A stretch of 64,000 bases of DNA from Solirubrobacterales bacterium (GCA_035703365.1 DASSYI010000007.1:1696-65695); one strand, 5' to 3'. Counted from the stretch's first letter, positions 9,826 to 18,194 are shown. Notes: generated by a model not told the origin, from the letters alone. Made by a program: numbers and translations.

Positions 9826-9986
9826 AATCTTTTGTCCGAGACATTCTCCCGTTAGTGGCGGTGACGGTCGTGGTCTCGCTATCGATCACCGCGCTCGCAG
9901 GCGGCAGTGAAACCGTCTTCTACGTGTCTGCGCTTTCGTGCCTGGCCGTGGGGCTCTGGCGGGAAATACGCAGGGGCGCTCTTTAA
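9822..9986 (+). CDS. Small membrane protein (untracked, 54 aa)
   Basis: My translation is MKSFVRDILPLVAVTVVVSLSITALAGGSETVFYVSALSCLAVGLWREIRRGAL. Its ATG overlaps the preceding TGA (ATGA). It is below the 60-aa track cut-off. Confidence 0.3.
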   Translation: MKSFVRDILPLVAVTVVVSLSITALAGGSETVFYVSALSCLAVGLWREIRRGAL

Positions 9987-10246
9987 AGCGCTTCTTGACG
10001 GAGCCCGCAGTAGGGGCAGTCGCTCACGTCCAGCCCGATCAGCTGGTCGCAGCGGCGGCAGGCGCGGAGGTTCTCGGGGCTGCGGGGCAGGGAGGAGACC
10101 GAGGGCGCCAGGGGCAGGACTTGGGCGACCGGGGACATCTCCTCGCCGGTCTCGCGATCGACGTAGACCGAGCCGGGCTCGGCGTGGGCGAGGGCCTCGC
10201 GACCGGAGGCCGCGGCACGCATGCGGTAGAGCTGCTTCTCGTTCAT
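9983..10246 (-). CDS. Zinc-ribbon hypothetical protein
   Basis: 87-aa ORF ending in CRRCDQLIGLDVSDCPYCG (CxxC-x11-CxxC), divergent from the GT4 gene. Confidence 0.4.
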   Translation of the reverse strand: MNEKQLYRMRAAASGREALAHAEPGSVYVDRETGEEMSPVAQVLPLAPSVSSLPRSPENLRACRRCDQLIGLDVSDCPYCGLRQEAL

Positions 10247-10278
10247 CGCCGGGGAGATTAATAGTTTGGGCGGCTCCG

Positions 10279-11622
10279 ATGCGCGTCCTCATCTTCCACG
10301 GCTACATGCTGCGCGGCACCGGCAGCAACATCTACAACGTCAACCTGGCGCGGGCGCTGGCCCGGCTCGGGCACGAGGTGCACCTGCTTTGCCAGGACCG
10401 CGAGGTGCGGCTTGAGGGAGTGGAGATCCACAACCCCGACATCGGCGGCCTGCTTCCCGTCTACGTCAAAGACCCCTACGAGGGCTTCGAGGTCAAGACC
10501 TTCCCGGAGCTGACCGAGGCCGAGCTCGACCGCTACATCGAGGCCAACGTCGCCGCCGTGCGCGATGTGGCCGCTGCGGCCGGCGGCATCGATGTCGCCC
10601 TCGCCAACCACCTGGTGATGGGCCCGGCGATCCTCGCCCGGGCCGGCGTTGCCCCCTTTGCGGCGAAGATCCACGGCTCGGCGCTCGAGTACACGGTCAA
10701 ACCGCACCCCCGCTTCCTGCCCTACGCCCGCGAGGGGATGGAAGCCGCCCGCGGGGTCCTGATCGGGTCCGCGCACACGGCCGAATCCCTCTGGGAGGCG
10801 CTTGCGGACGTTCCCGGGCTGCGCGAGAAGTCGCGCCTCGGGCCGCCGGGGGTCGACGTCGAGGAGTTCCGGCCCGGCGGCGAGCGCGAGGACCTGGTCG
10901 CCTTCGTCGGCAAGCTGATCGTCTCCAAGGGGGTCGACCTGCTGCTCGCGGCCTGGCCGCTGGTGCGCGCGGCCCATCCGAGCGCCCGGCTGGAGATTGC
11001 CGGCTTCGGCGCCTACGAGAAGGGGCTGCGGCGGCTGCTGGCGGCACTGGAGCGCGGCGACCTCGACGACGCCCTCGAGGCGGCCCGCCGCGGCTGGGCG
11101 CTCGAGGGCGGAGAGGAGAGGCCGCTGCCGATCCTCTCTGCCTTCCTCGCCGATCCGCCTCAGGGCTATGCGGAGATGGCCCGCGCCGCGGCCGGCTCGG
11201 TCGAGTTCGTCGGGCGGCTGGAGCACCACGAGGTCGCCTCCTTCTTCCCCCGCGCCGAGGCGATGGTGATGCCGAGCACCTTCCCCGAGGCCTTCGGGAT
11301 GGTCGCCGTCGAGGCCGCCGCCTGCGGGACGCTGCCCGTCTCCGCTGGCCACTCGGGGATGCTCGAGGTCTCCCGCCAGCTTCAGGCCGACCTCCCGGGC
11401 GAGATCGGAGCGCTGACCTCGTTCCCGGTCGAGACCGGCGCGGTGGAGGCGATCGCGGCCCGCCTCGGCGCCTGGCTGGCCCTCCCGGAGGGGGAGCGGG
11501 TGCGCGCCCGGGTGGCCCTGGTCGAGACGGTCGCCCGGCTCTGGAGCTGGGAGGGAGTGGCCCGCGGAGTGCTCGCGGCAGCAGGTGGAGAGCTCGAGAA
11601 TCTGCCTCGCCCCGGGAGCTAG
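10279..11622 (+). CDS. GT4-family glycosyltransferase
   Basis: Trimmed to ATG at 10279 (MRVLIFHGYMLRGTGSNIYN...). It has the C-terminal EAFGMVAVEAAACG (E-x7-E) motif of retaining GT-B glycosyltransferases. Confidence 0.8.
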   Translation: MRVLIFHGYMLRGTGSNIYNVNLARALARLGHEVHLLCQDREVRLEGVEIHNPDIGGLLPVYVKDPYEGFEVKTFPELTEAELDRYIEANVAAVRDVAAAAGGIDVALANHLVMGPAILARAGVAPFAAKIHGSALEYTVKPHPRFLPYAREGMEAARGVLIGSAHTAESLWEALADVPGLREKSRLGPPGVDVEEFRPGGEREDLVAFVGKLIVSKGVDLLLAAWPLVRAAHPSARLEIAGFGAYEKGLRRLLAALERGDLDDALEAARRGWALEGGEERPLPILSAFLADPPQGYAEMARAAAGSVEFVGRLEHHEVASFFPRAEAMVMPSTFPEAFGMVAVEAAACGTLPVSAGHSGMLEVSRQLQADLPGEIGALTSFPVETGAVEAIAARLGAWLALPEGERVRARVALVETVARLWSWEGVARGVLAAAGGELENLPRPGS

Positions 11623-11672
11623 TGCGAAGCGTCACCTGAGGCCGCAAAGCCTCCCGCCGCCGCTTCAATAGA

Positions 11673-12479
11673 ATGCCCGCCGCCCCAATGTACGGCCGCC
11701 TGCCCATAGTGAAGATGCTGCTGGTGACGATCGCCCTGACGGTGGTCATCTCGGCGGTGATGGTCCCGATCAACTGGAACGGTCAGGGGGCCTCCACGGC
11801 TGCGCCGAAGATCGACCACCTGCTGAACGTGATGATCGTCCTCTCGGCGTTCGTCTTCTCGCTGGTGATGGTGATGCTCTTCTACGCGCTGTGGAAATTC
11901 AAAGCGAAGCCCGGCGACGAGTCCGACGGCGAGCCGATTCACGGCAACACCCGCCTGGAGATCGCCTGGACCCTGATCCCGACCGTCATCGTCCTCTTCG
12001 CCGGCGGCTACAGCTGGAAGGTCCTGGACGACATCGAAGAGCCGAACTCCAAGCACCTGACGGTCTCGGTCTTCTCCCAGCAGTACGCCTGGAGCTTCGC
12101 CTACCCAGGCAAAGGCTACGCCTACAGCGAAGGCGAGCTGCACGTGCCGGTCGATCGCCAGATTCAGTTCAAAATGCACGCGATGGACGTGATCCACTCC
12201 TTCTGGGTCCCCGAGTGGCGGATCAAGAAAGACAACGTCCCCGGCATCACCACCACCGCGATCGTCACCCCCGACAAGGAAGGGACCTACCAGCTGGTCT
12301 GCACCGAGCTCTGCGGCTTCGGCCACGCGACGATGCGCGCCAAAGTCGTCGTCGAGTCGCCGGCCAAGTTCAACGAATGGGTCGAAGGCCTCAAACAGGA
12401 CCTCCCCGAACCGTTCATGGACGTTCTCAAAGAAGAGAGCGTCTCGAACCCGCCGGCGCTGGACGCCGGAGGGGCATAA
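11673..12479 (+). CDS. ctaC: Cytochrome c oxidase subunit II (CuA-containing)
   Basis: Two N-terminal TM helices and a complete CuA site: DVIHSFWVPEW ... CTELCGFGHATM. Confidence 0.92.
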   Translation: MPAAPMYGRLPIVKMLLVTIALTVVISAVMVPINWNGQGASTAAPKIDHLLNVMIVLSAFVFSLVMVMLFYALWKFKAKPGDESDGEPIHGNTRLEIAWTLIPTVIVLFAGGYSWKVLDDIEEPNSKHLTVSVFSQQYAWSFAYPGKGYAYSEGELHVPVDRQIQFKMHAMDVIHSFWVPEWRIKKDNVPGITTTAIVTPDKEGTYQLVCTELCGFGHATMRAKVVVESPAKFNEWVEGLKQDLPEPFMDVLKEESVSNPPALDAGGA

Positions 12480-12491
12480 TGGAGCCAGCTG

Positions 12492-14399
12492 ATGGTTGAC
12501 GCGATCAAGAGACCCGGCTGGTGGCGTGGCCTGATCGGCGCCATCGCCTTCGGCGCCTTCGGCTTCGGCCTCGTCATCGCCCTGCGGGCGATCTCCGACC
12601 TGCCGCTCTACCAGACCGAACAGACCGGCTACCCGCACGTGATCGTGCCCGCGATCACCGCCCCGCTCGGCTTCCTGCTGGGCTTCGGCTGCTTCGACTA
12701 CTGGCTGCGCTGGGCCGCGGGGCTGCCGACGATTCCGGACGACCACTCCCAGCACGGCGCCAAGAGCTGGAGGGACTACTTCAAATTCAACACCGACCAC
12801 AAGGTGATTGGTGTCCAGTACGTCGTCACGACGTTCTTCTTCTTCTTCCTCGGCGGCCTGATGGCGATGCTGATCCGGGCCGAGCTCGCCCAGCCGGGCA
12901 CCCAGATCGTCGAAGCCTCGACCTACAACAGCCTCTTCTCGACCCATGCGGTGCTGATGATCTTCGTCTTCGTGATTCCGGTCTTTGCCGGGCTCGCGAA
13001 CTACGTCCTGCCGCTGATGATCGGCGCCCCGGACATGGCCTTCCCGCGCCTCAACGCGCTCAGCTTCTGGATGCTGCCGATCGCCGGGGTCCTCTTCATC
13101 GGCAGCTTCCTCGCCCCCGGCGGCGCCTTCGACGCCGGCTGGACGGGGTACGCGCCGCTTTCGACCGGAGCCCCCCTCGGGCAGTCGTTCTTCAACCTCG
13201 GCGTCCAGTTCGCAGGCGCCTCCTCGATCGCGACCGCGCTCAACTTCCTGGTCACGATCATCACCATGCGTGCGCCGGGGATGACCTTCTGGCGGATGCC
13301 GCTGCTGGTCTGGGCGAACCTCTCGACCTCGCTGCTGGTCGTCGCCGCCACCCCGTTCATCGCCGGCGTCCAGTTCATGGTCCTCTTCGACCGCGCCCTG
13401 CACACGAACTTCTTCGACTTCGCGGCCGGCGGCGACGTGATCAGCTACCAGCACATCTTCTGGTTCTACTCCCACCCGGCGGTCTACATCATGATGCTGC
13501 CCGGGTTCGGGATCATCTCCGAGGTCATCTCGACCCATGCCCGCAAGCCGATCTTCGGCTACCGGTTGATGGCCCTGGCGCTGATCGGGATCGTCGTCCT
13601 CAGCTACTCGGTCTGGGCGCACCACATGTTCGTCGCCGGGATGTTCTCTTGGCTGCGGGTGCCGATGATGATCACCACCCTGCTGATCGCGGTGCCGACC
13701 GGGATCAAGATCTTCTCCTGGCTGGGAACGCTCTACTTCGGCAAGATCCACACCTATTCGACGTCGATGCTGTTCGCGCTCGCTTTCATCGTCACCTTCA
13801 CGATCGGCGGGATCTCGGGCGTGATGCTCGGCATGGTGCCGATCGACATCCACGTCTCCGACACCTACTTCATCGTCGCCCACATCCACTTCGTCCTCTT
13901 TGGCGGCTCGGTGTTCACGATCTTCGCCGGCGTCTACCACTGGTTCCCGAAGATGACCGGGCGGATGTACGACGAGAAACTCGGCCGCGTCCACTTCTGG
14001 GGCACCCTGGTGGGCACCTGGGGCACCTTCATCCCGATGCACTGGGTGGGGATGGACGGGATGCCGCGCCGGGTCGCCGACTACGCCGAGCAGTTCGGCA
14101 ACTGGAACCTCTTGATCAGCGCCTTCGCCTTCATGCTCGGCGCGATGCAGCTCGTCTTCCTCTACAACATGGTCGTCAGCTGGCGCTTCGGCCCGAAGGC
14201 CGAGGCCAACCCCTGGCGGGCCAACTCGATCGAGTGGCAGGTCTCTTCGCCGCCGCCGATCTTCAACTTCGACGAGATCCCGCGCGTCGTCGGCGGCCCC
14301 TATGAGTTCGGGATCCCCGGCGCCAAACACGCGATCATGGCCGGCGAAGGGGCAGAGGTGCCCGCCGGTGAGAAAAGCGCGGTGGGCACCGGCTCATGA
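12492..14399 (+). CDS. ctaD: Cytochrome c oxidase subunit I (A-type, YS-motif A2-like)
   Basis: All six ligand histidines are present (STHAVLMIF, WFYSHPAVY, WAHHMF, AHIHFVLFGG), along with TMRAPGM and WFPKMTGR. The 635-aa protein has an N-terminal extension. Confidence 0.95.
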   Translation: MVDAIKRPGWWRGLIGAIAFGAFGFGLVIALRAISDLPLYQTEQTGYPHVIVPAITAPLGFLLGFGCFDYWLRWAAGLPTIPDDHSQHGAKSWRDYFKFNTDHKVIGVQYVVTTFFFFFLGGLMAMLIRAELAQPGTQIVEASTYNSLFSTHAVLMIFVFVIPVFAGLANYVLPLMIGAPDMAFPRLNALSFWMLPIAGVLFIGSFLAPGGAFDAGWTGYAPLSTGAPLGQSFFNLGVQFAGASSIATALNFLVTIITMRAPGMTFWRMPLLVWANLSTSLLVVAATPFIAGVQFMVLFDRALHTNFFDFAAGGDVISYQHIFWFYSHPAVYIMMLPGFGIISEVISTHARKPIFGYRLMALALIGIVVLSYSVWAHHMFVAGMFSWLRVPMMITTLLIAVPTGIKIFSWLGTLYFGKIHTYSTSMLFALAFIVTFTIGGISGVMLGMVPIDIHVSDTYFIVAHIHFVLFGGSVFTIFAGVYHWFPKMTGRMYDEKLGRVHFWGTLVGTWGTFIPMHWVGMDGMPRRVADYAEQFGNWNLLISAFAFMLGAMQLVFLYNMVVSWRFGPKAEANPWRANSIEWQVSSPPPIFNFDEIPRVVGGPYEFGIPGAKHAIMAGEGAEVPAGEKSAVGTGS

Positions 14400-15280
14400 G
14401 CGCCGTGCAGGCTGATGAGCGTAAACCGCTGCTGGTCTTCCTCAACGAGGTTGCCGGCGGCCGCAAGCTGCTGCAGGCGGTGCGTGAGCGTCAGGAGCAG
14501 GTCTCCGGCGTCGTCGTCGCGGCGCCGCAGAACCAGCCCTCGGTCGGGCAGCTGATCGACGCCAGCGAGGTGCGCGAGGCCGCTCGGGCCCGGGTCGAGG
14601 TGACGATGGCCGTGCTGGGCGAGTTCGGGATCGGCTCGGTCGGCGAGGTGATGGACCCCGAGCCTTCGCTGGCTCTCGACGACGCCGTCAGGGCGCACCG
14701 CCCGGGCGAGGTGCTCCTCTCCTGCCTGGCCGACACCCGCTTCGGCTTCTTGCGCCGCGACCTGGTCGAGTGGGCGCGCGAGCGGGTCGAACCCGAGGTG
14801 AAGTTCACCCACATCCCGGTGCGGATCGAGGACGACGCGATCCGCTGGGACCTCAACCACACCCTTGTCGTGGCGACCAAGACCGTCGCCGCCCCGGATC
14901 TGGTGGCGCGGATGAAGGACAGGGCGAGCATTCGACCGCACCGCTTCACGATCATCTGCCCGCGGGCCGAGGACGTGAGCGAGGGCCAGGTCGTCCGCGA
15001 CCTCGCCTCGACCCTGGCGGAGCTCTACCGCTCCGAGATCGACGCCACCGGCCAGCCGATGAGCCCGGATCCCTTCCTTGCGGTCAAGAACGCGATCGAG
15101 CACTATCGGATCGACGACATCCTGATCTCCACCTTTGCCGGCGAGCGTTCGCAGTGGCTCGAGGAGGATCTGATCGGCCGGGTGCGGGAGATAACCGAGA
15201 AGTCCGTCGAGCACATCGAGGTCGGCCGGCCCGCGGCAGCAGTCGCCGCGGCCGTCGCCGAGGGGGAGGCAAGCAGCTGA
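14396..15280 (+). CDS. Soluble tandem-repeat (USP-like/adenine-nucleotide-alpha-hydrolase-like) protein embedded in the cta operon
   Basis: 294-aa ORF with no TM segments and two homologous halves (GEVMDPEPSLALDDAVRAHRPGEVLLS vs GQPMSPDPFLAVKNAIEHYRIDDILIS). It has ATGA overlaps with both ctaD and ctaE. Confidence 0.7.
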   Translation: MSAVQADERKPLLVFLNEVAGGRKLLQAVRERQEQVSGVVVAAPQNQPSVGQLIDASEVREAARARVEVTMAVLGEFGIGSVGEVMDPEPSLALDDAVRAHRPGEVLLSCLADTRFGFLRRDLVEWARERVEPEVKFTHIPVRIEDDAIRWDLNHTLVVATKTVAAPDLVARMKDRASIRPHRFTIICPRAEDVSEGQVVRDLASTLAELYRSEIDATGQPMSPDPFLAVKNAIEHYRIDDILISTFAGERSQWLEEDLIGRVREITEKSVEHIEVGRPAAAVAAAVAEGEASS

Positions 15281-15906
15281 TGGAGAGCGCGTCGGTGGCC
15301 GTCGGCCACGCCCACGCCGATCATCACCACGGCCCGCCCGAGGCCAACCAGAGCTCGCGGATCGACCGCCAGACGCTGGGGATCCTGCTCTTCATCGTCT
15401 CCGAGGTAATGCTCTTCGGAGCGTTCTTCGCGTCCTACTTCTTCCTCCGGGTCGTCGTCGACCCGCCGAGCTGGCCGCCGGAACCGTATACGCTGCCGGT
15501 CGGGGTCGCGGGGATGAACACGGCGATCCTCGTCTCCTCCAGCTTCACGATCCACTACGCGCTGGAGTCGATCCGGCGCGGCAACCGCCAGGGCCTGAAA
15601 CTCGGCCTGGTAGCCACCTGGCTGCTCGGCGCCACCTTCCTCTTCATCCAGATCAACGAGTACGCGCACATCGGCTTCAGCGCCCGCGACCTCTCGTTCG
15701 GCTCGATCTTCTACAGCCTCACCGGGTTGCACGGAGCCCACGTCTTCGTCGGCCTGATGCTGCTCACGTTCGCGACGATCCGCGCCTTCCGCGGCCATTT
15801 CGGCCCCAAGGCGGAGGACCACCTAGGCGTCGAGGTGCCAGGGATCTACTGGCACTTCGTCGACATCATGTGGATCATCGTCTACGTGACCGTGTACATC
15901 CTCTAG
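15280..15906 (+). CDS. ctaE: Cytochrome c oxidase subunit III
   Basis: Trimmed to ATG at 15280 (MESASVAVGHAHADHHHG...). The 208-aa polytopic protein ends in HFVDIMWIIVYVTVYIL, typical of subunit III. Confidence 0.9.
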   Translation: MESASVAVGHAHADHHHGPPEANQSSRIDRQTLGILLFIVSEVMLFGAFFASYFFLRVVVDPPSWPPEPYTLPVGVAGMNTAILVSSSFTIHYALESIRRGNRQGLKLGLVATWLLGATFLFIQINEYAHIGFSARDLSFGSIFYSLTGLHGAHVFVGLMLLTFATIRAFRGHFGPKAEDHLGVEVPGIYWHFVDIMWIIVYVTVYIL

Positions 15907-15930
15907 CTCGAGCCGCCCCGCTCCACCGCC

Positions 15931-16107
15931 ATGCGACTGAACGAGGCGGCGGTATTCAAATGGGTGGTGATCGTCGGGATTGCCGGCGCGGCCGTCGTCG
16001 GCGTGACGCTGTTGACGCGGCCGTTGGTGGGGGCGCTGCTGGGGCTGGCGATCGTGATCGCCGCCTGTATCTACGCCTATCGCTGGGCCCGCGAGAGATG
16101 GCGCTGA
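15931..16107 (+). CDS. Untracked 58-aa two-TM protein downstream of ctaE (possible small oxidase subunit)
   Basis: My translation is MRLNEAAVFKWVVIVGIAGAAVVGVTLLTRPLVGALLGLAIVIAACIYAYRWARERWR. It starts 24 nt after the ctaE stop and uses GC-rich third positions like host genes. Confidence 0.5.
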   Translation: MRLNEAAVFKWVVIVGIAGAAVVGVTLLTRPLVGALLGLAIVIAACIYAYRWARERWR

Positions 16108-16169
16108 GCCGGCACAGAGAATTTACGAACTACGACAAAAAGTTGCACTTTTCTCTGTAGGCTGGCAAC

Positions 16170-16418
16170 ATGGAGACCATGGTCAGGGAGAGCTGGAGCG
16201 ACGGCCGTCTGGACGAGTTCGAGAAGCGGATCGACGAACGATTCGACCGGGTCGATGAGCGGTTCGATGATGTCGACAGGCGCTTCGAGCAGGTCGACAG
16301 GCGGTTGGACAAACTCGCCGGCAGCCTCGAATCCATGCAGCGCACGATGGTCCTCGGGGTGATCGCTCTGTTCTCTGCATATGCGGCCGGCTTCGCCGCT
16401 CTGATCACGCAGGTCTAG
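16170..16418 (+). CDS. Tail-anchored coiled-coil protein with heptad repeats
   Basis: 82-aa ORF with the heptads KRIDERF/DRVDERF/DDVDRRF/EQVDRRL followed by one C-terminal TM (VLGVIALFSAYAAGFAALI). An AT-rich putative promoter lies upstream. Confidence 0.6.
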   Translation: METMVRESWSDGRLDEFEKRIDERFDRVDERFDDVDRRFEQVDRRLDKLAGSLESMQRTMVLGVIALFSAYAAGFAALITQV

Positions 16419-17175
16419 TCCGCCGCCGGCCGATCTCCAGCGCCGCCAGCGTCAGCGCGATCGGGACGGTCGCCGGGGTCTGGTCGACCCAGAAGAAGAG
16501 CAGGTCGAAGGCCGGGCAGATCACGGCCGCCAGGGCCGCCCCCTGGAGCTGCAGGCGCCGGTCCGAGGCCAGCAAGGCGCCGAGGACGGCGGCGATGAAA
16601 AGGTCGCCGAAGCCCATCACCGCCGAGCCGAACGAGGCGAGCTGGAGGCGGGGGAGGTCGGCGACCGGGGCGGCGGCGTTGAGGACCGCGTTCGGCTCCT
16701 GGAGGAGGTTGGTGGCGACCAGGTAGGCGTCGACCGCGGCCATCGCGTAGATGCCGAGCTTCAGCCACCCCGCGGGCACGATGCAGGCGACCAGCCAGCC
16801 GAGGGTGATGCAGGCGAGGGCCGATAGCGCGAGGGCGGCGGTCTCGCCGGCGAGTGCCCCCTCGAACGCCCAGGCGAGGGCGAAGAGGGGAACGACGGCC
16901 AGCGCCAGGGTCGGCCTGGACCCCCGCACCAGCCAGGCCAGGGCCGCGGCTGCCAGCGGCGGCACGGCGACCAGCGCCAGATAGGTGAGAAAGCGGGCGC
17001 TGGCCGATTCGAGCGCGATCGCGGAGATGACGACGACGATCGAGAGCGGCAGGACGAGCGCCCACCATCTGCTCCGCAACCGGTTCGGCAGCAGGGCGGA
17101 GGGAGCCTTGGGGAGGGCGACGAGAAGGGCCTGCGAGAGGCTCAGGACCCCGATCGAGAGCCAGAAGGGAAGCAA
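16405..17175 (-). CDS. Polytopic membrane protein, possible GxGD-type intramembrane aspartyl protease
   Basis: 256-aa ORF with about 7-8 TM helices. It contains AAVDAYLV, MGFGDLFIAAVLGALL and VPIAL in successive helices. The protease call is speculative. Confidence 0.55.
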   Translation of the reverse strand: MLPFWLSIGVLSLSQALLVALPKAPSALLPNRLRSRWWALVLPLSIVVVISAIALESASARFLTYLALVAVPPLAAAALAWLVRGSRPTLALAVVPLFALAWAFEGALAGETAALALSALACITLGWLVACIVPAGWLKLGIYAMAAVDAYLVATNLLQEPNAVLNAAAPVADLPRLQLASFGSAVMGFGDLFIAAVLGALLASDRRLQLQGAALAAVICPAFDLLFFWVDQTPATVPIALTLAALEIGRRRTRPA

Positions 17176-17178
17176 GCC

Positions 17179-18153
17179 TCAGGCGTGCCCGGCGGCGGCC
17201 GCGGCGGGGCGCTCGGCTTCGCGACGCGCGGACGAGGGTTCGCCGCGGGGTTGAAGCCGCCCCGCCGCGGCAACCGCCCACAGCATCGCCAGCCAGTTGC
17301 CGGTGGCGATCCCGACGTGGACCCAGACGATTCCCGCCGGCAGTTCCAGCCACCACTGCACGCCGCCTACGAGGCCCTGGAGGGCGAGGAGGCCGATTAC
17401 CAGGGTCAGGGGCCTAAGGGCGCGCCGGTCGGCGCCAGGGCGGCGCAGGAGGAACCAGACGGCGATCGCCGCCAGGCCGTAGATCGCGGCGATCGCCGCG
17501 TGGCGCTGGACCACCCACTCGAGCGTCCCCGTGCCCTCGAAGTCGAAGCGGTGGACCAGCTGCCCTTCGTGCGCTCCGGCGTGGGGCCCCGAGGCCGTGG
17601 CGACCGTTCCGGCCAGGATCGTCAGTTGCCCCAGCGGGATTAGAGCCCGAACCGCCCAGACGCTCAGGCGGTCGCGCGAGCGGCGCCGCTCCCAGGGTTC
17701 GTAGCGCGAGCACCAGGCGAGCGCGAAGGCTGCGTCGAGCAGCATCATCGAGAGGATGAAGTGGGACATCACCAGGCCCGGCGCCAAGTGGTACTTGACG
17801 ACCAGGGCGCCGAGGATCGCCTGGCCGATCACCCCGAGCGGCAGCAGGGCGCCGAACAGCGCCAGGTGCCAGCGGTAGGGGCGGCGGAAGAAGGCGAGGA
17901 CGCTGGCGGCGATCACGGCGATGCCGACGAACCCGGTCAGCAGCCGGTTCCCGTACTCGATCACCGCGTGGGATTCGATCGGGGGCGTGGTGCCGCCGTA
18001 GCATTTGGGCCAGTCCGGGCAGCCGAGGCCGGAGCCGGTGAGGCGCACCCCAGCGCCGGTGAGGACGATCAGGGAAAGCGCCGCGAGGGCGACCATCGTC
18101 ACCTGGGCATAGCGCTGCGGAGCGATCTCGAAGCGGCTCAAGCGTTCGCGCAT
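17179..18153 (-). CDS. ctaA: Haem A synthase (COX15/CtaA)
   Basis: 324-aa polytopic ORF with the N-terminal GLGCPDWPKCYG motif and conserved His in TM helices. Confidence 0.88.
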   Translation of the reverse strand: MRERLSRFEIAPQRYAQVTMVALAALSLIVLTGAGVRLTGSGLGCPDWPKCYGGTTPPIESHAVIEYGNRLLTGFVGIAVIAASVLAFFRRPYRWHLALFGALLPLGVIGQAILGALVVKYHLAPGLVMSHFILSMMLLDAAFALAWCSRYEPWERRRSRDRLSVWAVRALIPLGQLTILAGTVATASGPHAGAHEGQLVHRFDFEGTGTLEWVVQRHAAIAAIYGLAAIAVWFLLRRPGADRRALRPLTLVIGLLALQGLVGGVQWWLELPAGIVWVHVGIATGNWLAMLWAVAAAGRLQPRGEPSSARREAERPAAAAAGHA

Positions 18154-18194
18154 CGGTCCCTACATCCTGGCAGCGGCCGCGCGGCCGCTGCCGC

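Noticed and set aside
9907-10278. N-terminal 124-aa extension of the GT4 ORF. Similar 5' extensions occur on 6068-7240, 7041-8675, 8510-9502, 14770-15906, 18195-19316, 22989-24452, 34852-36306, 37533-38546 and 38033-39094.
   Set aside because: The extensions are Arg/Pro/Gly-rich and overlap neighbouring real genes. Each is followed by an internal ATG or GTG that gives a canonical N-terminus (signal peptide, Rossmann start, etc.). I trimmed the starts accordingly.
15870-16160. Tracked 96-aa ORF overlapping the ctaE 3' end.
   Set aside because: The product is an Arg/Gly/Asp-rich off-frame sequence. The alternative 58-aa two-TM frame at 15931-16107 is more gene-like.
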